Assembly (NCBI GenBank): GCA_027487835.1
Contig: JAIYCU010000028.1
Span: 22,930-86,929 of the forward strand
Direction: 5' to 3'
Source: Bacteroidota bacterium
GTDB lineage: Bacteria; Bacteroidota; Bacteroidia; UKL13-3
DNA length: 64,000 nucleotides
In this document: one piece after another, positions 10,201-22,064 of the stretch
Layout: each line of letters opens with the position of its first letter
Numbering within the stretch: the first letter of the stretch is position 1
Translations under genes and position numbers: made by a program
The notes under the pieces: model-generated
What the model was told of the DNA's origin: nothing
Seen by the model: only the letters and a program-made list of their open reading frames with translations
Database searches by the model: none

Positions 10201-13200
10201 CAATAAAGTAAAGGTACCATTGTTATTATCATATGCTCCTAAACCATCAGGTATACCTGCCATTTTGTATGAACCAATGCCGTCACCAACTGTTAAAATT
10301 GAAGTAATGCTTACATCGCTTCTACTTGTTGTAACATATGGTGTTTGAGAACTGTTTGGACCAGCACCCATTCTGAAAATACCTTCTTGTCTTGAATTTA
10401 ACAATTGAATACGTCTATCCGCAGTAATTAAAGTATCACGTACGTTATAAGGATTTGTTGAATGATGCGTTCCCATATATTCTGCAAATGCATCTTGTTC
10501 TGAACCAATAGCCACAAAAGTTGCAATACCTGTCGCTTTAATTGCTGTATCCAAATTTACTCTATTAGAAATATTAGCAGGGAATGGATAATTATCTCCA
10601 CCTAAAGGAGAACCAATAGACAATGGATTAGCCAAGAAGTTTAAAGTAACAATCTTGTACACACGTGAAGTGTCACCGTGCAAATATCCTCCCATTACCA
10701 ATGTATCAAGGATATTTCCTAAAGAATCTGTGATGGCTAAAGATTGAATTCTATTACCTATTGTTTTTGTAGTATCATAACTAAAGGCAGCACCTCCAAT
10801 TTGTGGGAACTGACCCGGTGTAGCGGCAGGTTTTGTTGCAGCAACACCATGCTCTAGGATTCTTTTTAAACCAGCAGCATTTGTTGTTACAATCACAAGT
10901 CCATTATTGAAACGTAAAGAGTTTTCAATGTCTAATTGAGAAATATCTCCGCGTGCTTTGCCAGCCGAAGGATTAGCCAAGGTATTTTCAAAAACTGTAT
11001 TCATGCCAACAGCATTTATATTTCCGATAGCAGAACGAATACCTCCCCCATTTTTAATTGAAACTTTTACCTGGTTATCATATTGTTTAGCATACCATAA
11101 GTTTGCATCTGCCGATAAGTTACCAAAGTTAGTTTCTTCTGTTCTTACAAAATTTCTTCTTCCTTCTAAAAACACATTCGACTTACCAAATTTATTGCCG
11201 TCTTTGTTATTAATAACAGATGCAATTGCAGAAGTTAAGGTTCTAACGTTTGCACCTTTGCTACCAGCAGTGAAACCAGCAGTATAAGTACCATATAAAG
11301 CAGTAACCATTGCAGTATCAGCAGCATAAGCTCCATTTATAGTTGAATCTAGAAAATTTGGAAGTAATACACCTAATGAGTCAAAATCACAGACAAAACG
11401 ACCCACGTATTTCCACTCAGCCGTTGTGTTTAAAATGGCCAATGGCTGGTTATCATTATTAACTGTCAAGATCGGATATCTATCAGCAACTGTTGTTCCA
11501 ACTCTAATTCTATCATTACCATCTGCGCATAATGAATGTGAACCACCTGCTATTATAATGTCTACACCTTTTAATAATGGGGCTAAAGCTTTCTCATTTG
11601 CCAATTGTTGTAAGTGACTCATCAAAATAATTTTGTTGATTCCCATTGCTCTTAATGAATCAATCACTGGTTGTAATACTGAGGCTAATGCCGGCATGTT
11701 ATCTGTACCACCATTAATTACTGTGGTAGCTCCTGGTGAAGAAATAGAGGCCAATACTTGTGTGGTTGCCCCTACAATTCCAATTCTCTCGCCATTAGTT
11801 TCAATTATCGCAGAAGGAGCAATCCCTTTCTTTTGGCTATTAGCAGTAATATTAACAGAAGTTTTAAAACTATCTACCACTAATCTTTGCGCAGTAGTTA
11901 AGTAGCTTAAGTTAGCATCTGCAGCAAAATTTAAATTTGCACTCAAGTATGGAAACTGAGCACCAATCCAACGCTTGTCTGCACCATTGCTTCTAATGTC
12001 TACCCCAATAATACTATTCACTTCAGAAGTTCCTAAATCAAACTCGTGGTTACCAAAAGCTGAACCTTGGAAACCCATTATATTCATCATAGCAATATCA
12101 GTTCTACCAATTGCTGGTCTTATAGCTTGTGTTCCTGCATAATAACTACTAGCAGTATTACGCAAAGGAGTTTGCATACTTGCATCTTCTCCTGCACTTA
12201 AAAACGGACTAGGAATAAAACAATCTCCAGAAGCTAATTTAACTGTGTTAGGATAAGTACCTTCCAAGGTGTCTAATACAGCGGCAAAGTTTGGCGCATC
12301 AATGGGTGCATCAAGTCCACTTTCCATATCTGAAGCATGTAAAACTTGTAATTGGAAAGCACTACGTGAATTCACTTGGAAAATAGCAACGGTTCCACTT
12401 ACCTCATTTGATAATAAGATTAAATCTTTTCCATTTGGACTTTCATTTCTAGGAACAAAAACAATTCCTTCTGGACCTAAATCACCACCTGAATTTAATC
12501 CTGGTGTTTGAGAAAAGTTACGTGTATTGATATATTGAACAAAATAAGGATTATTAGGATTAGTGATATTATAGACCATAATACCGCCAATTCTTTCTAA
12601 ACCAACAAATGCATAAGTACTGTCTAGTATTTTTCCAATAGTTACTGATTCTGGTTCAGGACCTTTATTATCACTTCTATCATCTAAGGCATTTGTATTA
12701 TGTCCAGCATTAAAGTTACTAGGGAACATAGCCAAAGTTCTTTGTTCAAAATCGTCTTTGCTATCCCAAACCAAAGCACCCGTTGTGCCATTCCAAATAG
12801 AAAATGAACGGGATCCAAACGTAAATATACTGTCAATCTTACCATCACTGTTAAAATCACCATAGCGGTTGGTAACATTTAATCTACCTAATGCTCCTAA
12901 AGCTCTCAATGCTGTTACATTGGAAACTCCTCCAAATTTAACGGTATCCAGCACATAGGAAGTAGCGCCAAGACGCACTTCTTCATTGTTTGCAGCACCC
13001 CAATCAGCTCTTGCATCCCCTTCATTAGCAGTTACTAAAAAAGTTTGATTTCCTACATTGTAGCTTGAAATCGCATCAGGTTGATACATTCCAAATACTG
13101 GCCAATTAGCTATAGCAGCTTGTGCCGTAGTATTATTTAAACTTCTATCCGATGGATCGAAACCATTTCCAGTTAAATTATAGTTTTTAAAACCTAATGG

Positions 13201-13998
13201 TAATAGGGAAGTAACGGTTGCCGAATTAATATTAACTACAGCGATTGCGTTGTTTTCTTGGCAAGTAACCCAAGCAGTTAAATTATCGTCAGAAACAGTG
13301 ATATATTCAGGTTCTAAATCTTCTGCAACAGTTGAGTTTCTTAAAAAACTACCTCCTGATTGAATTCTTCCTGTAATTTTTATTTTAGAATCAATTACAG
13401 CAGGAGAATTGAAAGCTGTAAAACCAGCAGTTTGAACATTCGCTTGCGTTAAACCTGCAAAACCACCAGAAACATTAATGATAGAAACTGAACCTTCTGG
13501 GTCGATGGTGTATCCATTGTTTGGTTCGCCTTCGTTAGCAACCAAAACTCTATTACCATTAGGCGTAAAAACAACATTATCAGCATTTGCACCAACTTTT
13601 ACTTTACTAATAAAGTTTCCATTGATGTCCATAAATACAATGCTACTTGCATTTGTTTTGCCATTTGAGTCCAAAATAGCAGCCGCAATAATTCCTTTTT
13701 TGTTGCAAGCAACAGAGGTAATGTCACTTCCATAAGGAGCCATTGAAATAGAACTAATTTGAACTGGGCTAGCAGGATTAGCTAAATTAACAATCCTCAA
13801 AGAATTGTCAGGACCGTTTGTAACAAACATCCTTTTAGAACTTGGATCGTAAGCTGAAATTTCAGCTACACCTCCGTCTTGGTTGTAAGTTCCTATGGAG
13901 TATCTTCCAAGGAATTGCGCATTGATTTGCGCGTTAACTTTTGTGCCTGCAATTGTTAAGAGCAAGACAAACAAAAATTTGTAAAAAGATTTATTCAT
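7285..13998 (-). CDS. T9SS-secreted multi-phosphatase: choice-of-anchor-I domain, 5'-nucleotidase (metallophosphoesterase + C-terminal domain), PhoX-like domain, Ig-like domains, T9SS CTD
   Basis: ANEGEP, DLEPEY, DDRSDNKGPEPE, GLERIGG, DLGPEG (choice-of-anchor I); HASD, SGD, GNHEFD, MSH, GGSH, ETNFGNL.AD, NGGGIR (5'-nucleotidase); NHE, CS, GEE, WEN, DD, RPEDG, MDN, QED, EASG (PhoX-like); VYPNP...GLYFV CTD. Confidence 0.85.
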   Translation of the reverse strand: MNKSFYKFLFVLLLTIAGTKVNAQINAQFLGRYSIGTYNQDGGVAEISAYDPSSKRMFVTNGPDNSLRIVNLANPASPVQISSISMAPYGSDITSVACNKKGIIAAAILDSNGKTNASSIVFMDINGNFISKVKVGANADNVVFTPNGNRVLVANEGEPNNGYTIDPEGSVSIINVSGGFAGLTQANVQTAGFTAFNSPAVIDSKIKITGRIQSGGSFLRNSTVAEDLEPEYITVSDDNLTAWVTCQENNAIAVVNINSATVTSLLPLGFKNYNLTGNGFDPSDRSLNNTTAQAAIANWPVFGMYQPDAISSYNVGNQTFLVTANEGDARADWGAANNEEVRLGATSYVLDTVKFGGVSNVTALRALGALGRLNVTNRYGDFNSDGKIDSIFTFGSRSFSIWNGTTGALVWDSKDDFEQRTLAMFPSNFNAGHNTNALDDRSDNKGPEPESVTIGKILDSTYAFVGLERIGGIMVYNITNPNNPYFVQYINTRNFSQTPGLNSGGDLGPEGIVFVPRNESPNGKDLILLSNEVSGTVAIFQVNSRSAFQLQVLHASDMESGLDAPIDAPNFAAVLDTLEGTYPNTVKLASGDCFIPSPFLSAGEDASMQTPLRNTASSYYAGTQAIRPAIGRTDIAMMNIMGFQGSAFGNHEFDLGTSEVNSIIGVDIRSNGADKRWIGAQFPYLSANLNFAADANLSYLTTAQRLVVDSFKTSVNITANSQKKGIAPSAIIETNGERIGIVGATTQVLASISSPGATTVINGGTDNMPALASVLQPVIDSLRAMGINKIILMSHLQQLANEKALAPLLKGVDIIIAGGSHSLCADGNDRIRVGTTVADRYPILTVNNDNQPLAILNTTAEWKYVGRFVCDFDSLGVLLPNFLDSTINGAYAADTAMVTALYGTYTAGFTAGSKGANVRTLTSAIASVINNKDGNKFGKSNVFLEGRRNFVRTEETNFGNLSADANLWYAKQYDNQVKVSIKNGGGIRSAIGNINAVGMNTVFENTLANPSAGKARGDISQLDIENSLRFNNGLVIVTTNAAGLKRILEHGVAATKPAATPGQFPQIGGAAFSYDTTKTIGNRIQSLAITDSLGNILDTLVMGGYLHGDTSRVYKIVTLNFLANPLSIGSPLGGDNYPFPANISNRVNLDTAIKATGIATFVAIGSEQDAFAEYMGTHHSTNPYNVRDTLITADRRIQLLNSRQEGIFRMGAGPNSSQTPYVTTSRSDVSITSILTVGDGIGSYKMAGIPDGLGAYDNNNGTFTLLMNHEINNSLGVVRAHGSKGAFISKWVINKSDLSVVSGSDLITTVKLWDPIAKTFNTYNAGSPMPAGISRLCSADLPPVTAFLNGTTGTAERIFLSGEESGVEGRAFAHILTGTNAGTSYELPYLGKYSWENAVASPAKGNKTIVAGLDDVTGGQVYFYIGTKTKLGTEIDKAGLNNGKVFGVKVTGLATEVTASIPAANTPFTMVDLGIVRDSTGASLDSRSAANAVTAFLRPEDGAWNPRKTNDFYFLTTASFTTPSRLWRLSFKSIAKPEDGGTITAVLDGTEGAKMMDNMAIDSFGNIFIQEDVGNQAHLGKTWMYNIESDRLIQIASHDTARFLTGGSKFLTQDEEASGIIDMHNILGKGKFLFVDQAHYPTTTELVEGGQLLAMSISELSVGNVAIVQDSIEIGVIDSNSLVNVTAAAVPNADDYRWTVPAGVVIVSGQGTTNLTVRFTNPAKFSSPVAKPRVITCQARILLSGISSKIDSVRITKTRPLFTIAAIIGNPNMSLTKGEWMSTATAGSSANIVNVSSTAGLKVGYLVKVTAGTGNTGLNNTVDSILNTTQFRLKNNVTVGISAGATLKSFIVPQNTFARYISAPGATNALNIITVTSTAGLAEGMSVNLVSGAGTLKAGTVVSKIIDSTKFVLSLTPIVNLSNNAVLAGTPVLTNICPISVTTGFTSEVDYSVVATPVNNIGYRFMLPNGARISRIGDSTIVGYDTATVALLDVFTKSNSIGVVFDNSLTTRTIRVFPYNNAGTGASFGVSVRNDKASIYKVTSTGAAIKNTAVRYRASVTNGSEVTGYRWTIPAVNVTPLSGSALANVVTTTTDTLSLMFGNLFKSGSLRVEAMNSCGTGTSKTFTLNGTTSLNKAGKEIELIEEIEITNLSINKLTVYPNPNQTNFTVSVIAEEKEASANVSILNMMGQVVDEYTFDNNNGVVLGEINHNLTPGLYFVQVRIGSTLNTIKIIVNN

Positions 13999-14117
13999 AA
14001 ATATGTAAAAATTTATGACCCAAATAAACCTAATGTGTGTTACTGAAAGTTCCCTTAAATATTAACTAAACAACATTTAAAAGTAAACAACAATTTCTTC
14101 ATATATAAATCTACTTT

Positions 14118-16424
<2,307 letters not shown>

Positions 16425-16425
16425 T

Positions 16426-16486
16426 CAAAGCTAAGGGCTATATTTGATTCATAAAAACGATAGTTTCAATAATAACATTGATAAAA
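16426..16486. promoter_or_regulatory. katG/oxyR divergent promoter region
   Basis: TAGCTTTG (-7 consensus TAnnTTTG) on the minus strand at 16433-16426. ATAG/ATAA tetrads spaced about 10 bp apart upstream fit an OxyR site (inference). Confidence 0.55.
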
Positions 16487-16489
16487 TAG

Positions 16490-17428
16490 ATGAACATTCA
16501 ACAGTTTAAATATGTGTTAGCCCTAGAAGAACATAAGCATTTTGAAGTTGCAGCCGAGCGAAGCCATATTACCCAATCTACCTTAAGTACCATGATTTCT
16601 AAATTTGAGGATGAATTGGGCATTAAGATTTTTGACCGCAAAAAGAAACCCGTACAGCTAACCAACGAAGGGGTTGTAATTGTGGAACAATTAAAAGTGA
16701 TTATCAATCAAATTGAGCAACTCAAGGAAATCACCAAAGAAGTAAAAGGAGAAATTACAGGCACCTTAAGCTTATCTGTTATACCCACCTTGGCCCCCTT
16801 TCTACTTCCCCTTTTTCTGCAAGATTTTGCCAGTAAGTTCCCAAACCTTAACATAAAAGTGCGCGAAGAGCCTACTTCTGAAATTGTACGTAAGTTAAAA
16901 TCGAGGGAGCTTGATATTGGCTTGCTTTCTATCCCTTTAAAAGACAAGGAAATTTTGGAAGTGAAATTGTTTGATGAACCCTTTTTATTTTTTGATGCCA
17001 AGGCCATTACGCCCAAAAATGTTTCGGCCAATAAAATAAAGGTAGAAAATTTATGCTTAATGGAGGAGGGCCATTGCTTAAGAACGCAAGTATTGCGCCT
17101 GTGCGAGGTAAATACCTTTCCCACCAATAACAAACTTAATTTTGAATACAAAGCAGGTTCTATTGATAGTTTGTTGCGCTTTGTAAAGGCTAATCAAGCC
17201 AGTACCCTCCTTCCCTTTTTGGCCACACAAGAATTTAACGCCCAAGAAAAAACACATTTAAGTGCCTTTAAAGCACCTATACCCTACCGCACCATCGGAC
17301 TCGTAGTGCACAGGCATTTTGTGAAAAAGAAATTATTAGAGGCCCTTCAGCAAGAAATCATTGTAAAGATTTCAAGGTTTCTGCAACCGCTAGATATCAA
17401 GGGAGAAATGTTACTCCCTGTAGAATAA
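16490..17428 (+). CDS. oxyR: Hydrogen-peroxide-inducible genes activator (LysR family)
   Basis: LysR HTH (HF..AA.RSHITQSTLS); EGHCLRTQVLRLC retains both redox cysteines; divergent from katG. Confidence 0.92.
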   Translation: MNIQQFKYVLALEEHKHFEVAAERSHITQSTLSTMISKFEDELGIKIFDRKKKPVQLTNEGVVIVEQLKVIINQIEQLKEITKEVKGEITGTLSLSVIPTLAPFLLPLFLQDFASKFPNLNIKVREEPTSEIVRKLKSRELDIGLLSIPLKDKEILEVKLFDEPFLFFDAKAITPKNVSANKIKVENLCLMEEGHCLRTQVLRLCEVNTFPTNNKLNFEYKAGSIDSLLRFVKANQASTLLPFLATQEFNAQEKTHLSAFKAPIPYRTIGLVVHRHFVKKKLLEALQQEIIVKISRFLQPLDIKGEMLLPVE

Positions 17429-17567
17429 GGTGCGTAAAAAACTAATAGGTTCAAACCGAAACCTGCGCCTTAAAACCCTAGCGCCAAAATTGATAGAAAG
17501 GTTTATGGGATATTAATGGTAAATTTAAAAAATTATTACTTGCTCTTAATAAACTTTCTAAACCTGA

Positions 17568-18137
17568 ATGATAATTTATATTAAATACATGGTGAGTTTG
17601 CGTTGCAAAATGATTGTGAAAACTGAACTAGAAAATCTAGGCCTTCATTATATTGACATAGACTTTGGCAATGTTGAAATTTTGGAAAACATAAACGATA
17701 CACAACGCCAAACCCTGCATAAAAACTTAATGACAAATGGATTAATGTTACTTAGCCAAGAAAAAAGTGATCTCATTGATACAATTAAAAGCATCATTTT
17801 AAAAATGATTCATTATGCAGAAAATGATGAGGTCTCGAAATTAAACTTCTCTAATTACTTAGAACAAACCCTTGGCCACCCCTATGCCTACCTCTCTACC
17901 GTTTTTGCCGAGGTAAAAGGCATTACCATCGAACAATATATCATTCTCAATAAAGTAGAACGGGTAAAAGAATTAATCATTTATAATGAATTGAGCTTTC
18001 TAGAAATTGCCAATAAGTTATATTATAAAAATATTTCTCACCTCACTGGGCAGTTTAAAAGAATTACAGGTCTTTCTCCTTCTTACTTTAAAAAACTGGC
18101 CCAGCAAAGAAAACGCATTTTGACTGGCGACCATTAA
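17568..18137 (+). CDS. AraC-family transcriptional regulator
   Basis: Bacteroidota-type N-terminus IKYMVSLRCKMIV and C-terminal double HTH (HLTGQFKRITGLSPSYFK). Confidence 0.9.
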   Translation: MIIYIKYMVSLRCKMIVKTELENLGLHYIDIDFGNVEILENINDTQRQTLHKNLMTNGLMLLSQEKSDLIDTIKSIILKMIHYAENDEVSKLNFSNYLEQTLGHPYAYLSTVFAEVKGITIEQYIILNKVERVKELIIYNELSFLEIANKLYYKNISHLTGQFKRITGLSPSYFKKLAQQRKRILTGDH

Positions 18138-18253
18138 AGGCGTCCCCTAATGTGAGATTCCTATAACATTATTCCTAATATGTGTAAGGCCTGATTTTTT
18201 AATTGCCTGCATCTTTGCTGCGTTATTAATCTATAACAATTTATCGCAACAAA

Positions 18254-18895
18254 ATGAAAACAATTAAATTCATAGCCTTCGCTGCATTATTAATGCTTAG
18301 CGGCTCAATTTTTGCCCAAGACGCTGCGCTCGATAACAGAGCAAAAGTGCTGTTTGGCCTTAAAGCCGGACTTAATTATTCTAATGTTTACAATTCGAAA
18401 ACAGATGCTTTTAGGGCCGACCCTAAATTTGGCTTGGCAGGGGGTGCTTTCTTGAGTATTCCTATTACCAAGTATTTTGGATTTCAGCCAGAAATTCTAG
18501 TTTCACAAAAAGGATTTGAAGGCGAAGGCACCTTATTAGGCAGCAAGTATAACTTTAAAAGAACTACTACCTATATTGATATTCCGCTTCAAATTACAGT
18601 TAAACCTTCCGAATTTATATCCATTTTGGCTGGTCCACAATTTTCTTACCTCATTAAGCAAAAAGATGTTTTTACCAATACCAGTGTAAGCTTTTCGCAA
18701 GAGCAAGAATTTAAAAACGAAAACATCCGCAAAAACATCCTTGGCTTTGTGGTGGGCATTAACCTTAACTTAAGGGGCGTAATTTTAGGCACCCGTTTGG
18801 GTTGGGACATTAGCAATAACCATGGCGATGGCTCTTTTACCACCCCACAGTATAAAAACACTTGGTTTCAAGCCACCCTTGGCTTTACCTTATAA
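18254..18895 (+). CDS. Porin-family outer-membrane beta-barrel protein
   Basis: Signal peptide; FGLKAGLNYSN, FQPEILVSQKG, YIDIPL and AGPQFSYL motifs. Confidence 0.85.
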   Translation: MKTIKFIAFAALLMLSGSIFAQDAALDNRAKVLFGLKAGLNYSNVYNSKTDAFRADPKFGLAGGAFLSIPITKYFGFQPEILVSQKGFEGEGTLLGSKYNFKRTTTYIDIPLQITVKPSEFISILAGPQFSYLIKQKDVFTNTSVSFSQEQEFKNENIRKNILGFVVGINLNLRGVILGTRLGWDISNNHGDGSFTTPQYKNTWFQATLGFTL

Positions 18896-19023
18896 GTTGC
18901 TTTAATACTTAAACAAAAAACTACTTCTCCTTACTTTATTTTTCAAGAATCAACTTTTTGGTAACAAGGCTTTTTGCAGGTTTAGGCATATGTTAAAGGC
19001 CATCCCATGAATGATTAAAAAAA

Positions 19024-19896
19024 CTATGATTCCAATTCAGGTTTTCGGCCAATGTTTACAATATAGCCAAAAGCTGCAGCCGTAAAAAACATCACAAGGC
19101 TATATATCGCAGGAGGAATGCTCATGGCACTGTTCCCAATTACAGAAAGCGCAATATAAATTGCCAATGTACCATTGTGAATTCCAATTTCCATGCCTAT
19201 TGAAATGGATTGTTTTTTTGCAAGTTGAAACAACCTAGGAATGTAAAAACCAATCATCATACTCAACACATTAAATACCAAAGTTACGGTTCCAACTTGT
19301 AGAAAAAATGAAACAACATTGTCTTTTTCCTTCAATAAAGCCACCAAAATGATGGCAACTAAAAACAAGGCAGATACTACTTTAATAGGTTTCTCTAATT
19401 TGCTAGTCAAGGATGGTTTTCTAGATTTCAAATACATACCTATGGCAACAGGCACAAGCACAATAAAAAATACTTCAATAATCTTTTTAAACTGCATGGG
19501 AATGGTTTGGTCTGAACCCATGAAATATATAAAGGAATAATTGATGATAAAAGGCAAGGTAAAAAGCGAGAGAAGGCTATTTGCGGCGGTAAGCGAAATA
19601 TTAAGCGCAACATCGCCTTTGGCCAAATAACTAAACAAATTGGCTGTAGGGCCGCCGGGCGATGCCGACAAAAGCATGAGGCCTACAGCAAATTCTGGAG
19701 AAAGGTTAAACAATTTTGCCAGAAAAAAACAAAGAATGGGCAACAATAACATTTGACAAAACAGGCCAATAAATATGGCCTTTGGATAAACAATCACCCG
19801 TTTAAAGTCGGCAATTGAAAGGGATATACCCAAGCCTAGCATAATAATACCGAGCGCCAAAGGCAATAAAATTAAGGTAATGTAATTCGATTCCAT
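19024..19896 (-). CDS. Bile acid:sodium symporter family transporter
   Basis: LGIIMLGLGISL, QMLLLP, SPGGPTAN, GDVAL and MEIGIHNG motifs; multiple TM segments. Confidence 0.9.
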   Translation of the reverse strand: MESNYITLILLPLALGIIMLGLGISLSIADFKRVIVYPKAIFIGLFCQMLLLPILCFFLAKLFNLSPEFAVGLMLLSASPGGPTANLFSYLAKGDVALNISLTAANSLLSLFTLPFIINYSFIYFMGSDQTIPMQFKKIIEVFFIVLVPVAIGMYLKSRKPSLTSKLEKPIKVVSALFLVAIILVALLKEKDNVVSFFLQVGTVTLVFNVLSMMIGFYIPRLFQLAKKQSISIGMEIGIHNGTLAIYIALSVIGNSAMSIPPAIYSLVMFFTAAAFGYIVNIGRKPELES

Positions 19897-19983
19897 TCGT
19901 TTGATAGTTGTTTATAAGTAGCTTATCCTATACAAACATATCAATTTTTACCATTCAAAAAACACCCCTAAATCTATACTAAT

Positions 19984-20556
19984 TTATTGTTTAAAGGGAA
20001 TATCTATGAAAGACCCATTTTGAAGGGTAAGGGTATTTGAATTAATAGCAGCCTGAAAACTAAAATTTCCTGAGATGGTATTTTTAAGGGTGTCATAATT
20101 AGTTATGTTTAACACCCCTTTATTAATTGCATCAGTGGCATAATGTTGTAAAGTTTCGTTGCTTACGAGTGATAGCACTGCATAATTATTATTATCTAAG
20201 ATAAATGTACCCGTATCAGAAACATTACTTATAAATAATGTAATCCTACCTGCCCTATTTGAAGTATCATCCGTAAACTTTCCAAAACTCATTAAACTTA
20301 ATTCATTGGAATTTATGCCGCCTCTGCTAGCAAAATAATCTACACCACCGACTGGAGAACCAGCGGTAGTTTTAGTTGAACTCGTACTTACCCAATCTTT
20401 TTTAACGGAACTACTTCCAACGATTACCTTTGCCATGAATCCAACAGTAGGTTCATTTACCACCTTAACGGGTGCAGTAATGGTTTGTTCTTTTTCTTTT
20501 TTACAAGCCCCCGTTACTAGAAGCAATAACGCAAGCGCGATAATCGTTTTTTTCAT
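19984..20556 (-). CDS. Hypothetical lipoprotein (DUF6252-like)
   Basis: MKKTII...VTGACKKE lipobox from the second Met; G.LNIT.YD....TISGNFSF.A...NGSF C-terminal motif. Confidence 0.65.
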   Translation of the reverse strand: MKKTIIALALLLLVTGACKKEKEQTITAPVKVVNEPTVGFMAKVIVGSSSVKKDWVSTSSTKTTAGSPVGGVDYFASRGGINSNELSLMSFGKFTDDTSNRAGRITLFISNVSDTGTFILDNNNYAVLSLVSNETLQHYATDAINKGVLNITNYDTLKNTISGNFSFQAAINSNTLTLQNGSFIDIPFKQ

Positions 20557-20664
20557 TTTTTTGTTAATTTTAATGTACATTATACTAATTAGACACTATT
20601 ATTCTAAAAGGTTGCCTCCCCATAAATTATTCCTTTCTAACATCACTTGGCCGATATTGTTTAC

Positions 20665-20746
20665 CAAACAAACTTACCTAATCCTTTTCAATCAAAAAAT
20701 ACAACTTATTTAAAAGCCATGGCAGGTTATGTTAAATTAAAAATTA
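20665..20746 (-). repeat. Copy A of the dispersed promoter/core-site element
   Basis: caaacaaacttacctaatccttttcaatcaaaaaatac followed by aaaagccatggcaggttatgttaaattaaaaatta; shares both blocks with copies at 28.4 and 41.3 kb and one block each with copies at 26.4, 31.9 and 46.4 kb. Confidence 0.8.
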
Positions 20747-20791
20747 AGGTATGTTTGGCGGCCACCAGGAAACGATGACTGTAGTGTTCAG

Positions 20792-21466
20792 TTATTCCTT
20801 TAACCTTTTTCCTTCCGAATTTATATAAAAATTTTCTCCATTTTTTTGTGCATAAATTTCTACATTATTCTCAACTACCAATAAATCGTAAAGGAATGGA
20901 ATTACTATGTCTCCGTTTTTATTTATTGCCCCATAAGTATTATTTTTTTTTACTATTGCCAATCCATTAAAAAAATTATCAGCACCATCAAATTGAATTG
21001 GAATTTTTACATTTCCTAAGGTGTCTATAAAACCATATTTGCCATTTTTAATTACAGCACAAAGGCCCTCTGTAAAACCTGTGTAATTTTCATCTACTCC
21101 AATCATAATTGTTGTTTTTGAAATATCACCATTTGCACCATACTCATCTTGTTTATATATTCTTGCACCAATAGAAATATTAGTATCTATTTCATAAATT
21201 AGTGGAATAATAATTTGGTTTTTATAATTTAAGAACCCTAACTTATCATTTTGGACCACCTTTATTAGATTATATCTTATATCACCTATTTTGTCATAAT
21301 TTGCTGGAATAATAACATTTTTGTTTTCGTTTAACAGCCCAATTTTATTTTGAACCAAAAATGGTATGTATCCACTTTCAAAAGCGGTTAATAAAATAGT
21401 GTCTTGAGCAGAAACATAAAAACTGTTCAATAAAACTATCAGAATTAACTGAATTTTTCTTTTCAT
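20792..21466 (-). CDS. WG-repeat (KWG) secreted protein
   Basis: Signal peptide from MKRKIQ; repeats KYGFIDTLG...IP..FD.A..F.NGLA.V. Confidence 0.85.
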   Translation of the reverse strand: MKRKIQLILIVLLNSFYVSAQDTILLTAFESGYIPFLVQNKIGLLNENKNVIIPANYDKIGDIRYNLIKVVQNDKLGFLNYKNQIIIPLIYEIDTNISIGARIYKQDEYGANGDISKTTIMIGVDENYTGFTEGLCAVIKNGKYGFIDTLGNVKIPIQFDGADNFFNGLAIVKKNNTYGAINKNGDIVIPFLYDLLVVENNVEIYAQKNGENFYINSEGKRLKE

Positions 21467-21468
21467 AT

Positions 21469-22062
21469 TTAATCTTTTACATACTGAGGCAGACGACAAA
21501 TTTCTAGTTGCAGACGCCATTTACTATATGGTTCATTTCTTAGAGGCGCCTGTAGAATAGTAATTAATAAAATAGTAGACTTTGTAATGCTATTCCTTAA
21601 ATCTTTGATGCCAGACATACTATTTAGTTGTATTTCTGCTAGTACGGTATTGCTTTTTACAAGCACACAATTATCACTACTATACCGTCTGCCATTTTCA
21701 ATGATGGATGCCGTATAATATGTTTGAGCTCCTGTATCTGTATCTAGAACCTGAGGTATAATTTGATCAATCAGACTCATAGAAATTGTATAGGATACAT
21801 CAGTGTTGAATTTAAAGACGCTCTTTTTTTGCTCTAATTTTTTAAATTCGGCATCACGTACTGCATAATAGATAGAGTCTTTATAAAAAATTATTGTTTC
21901 ATCATAGTTTTTCTCTAATACGGCTGGCTTAGGATCTGTCCAAGTATTAGTAGTGCTATCGTATTGACTTATCAAAGTTTTTGTTACCAGATATTTGCCT
22001 TGAGAAAAAGAATAGTTACATGTTAGTGTAATTAAAAAACAAAGAGCAATTATTTTTTTCAT
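21469..22062 (-). CDS. Secreted hypothetical protein
   Basis: 197-aa ORF with signal peptide; 2-nt gaps to both neighbours. Confidence 0.65.
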   Translation of the reverse strand: MKKIIALCFLITLTCNYSFSQGKYLVTKTLISQYDSTTNTWTDPKPAVLEKNYDETIIFYKDSIYYAVRDAEFKKLEQKKSVFKFNTDVSYTISMSLIDQIIPQVLDTDTGAQTYYTASIIENGRRYSSDNCVLVKSNTVLAEIQLNSMSGIKDLRNSITKSTILLITILQAPLRNEPYSKWRLQLEICRLPQYVKD

Positions 22063-22064
22063 CT

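Noticed and set aside
2073-13735. Numerous short ORFs overlapping the two giant minus-strand genes
   Set aside because: They lie opposite or inside long ORFs with clear domain motifs and have no recognisable features of their own.
1781-13998. Diversity-generating retroelement or assembly duplication explaining the two similar genes
   Set aside because: No reverse transcriptase is present, differences are not adenine-specific, and synonymous sites are heavily diverged, indicating an old paralogy.
14000-14110. Pho-box upstream of the phosphatase genes (also 7120..7235)
   Set aside because: Only loose AT-rich TTAA/TAAC words; I could not establish an 11-bp-periodic direct repeat.
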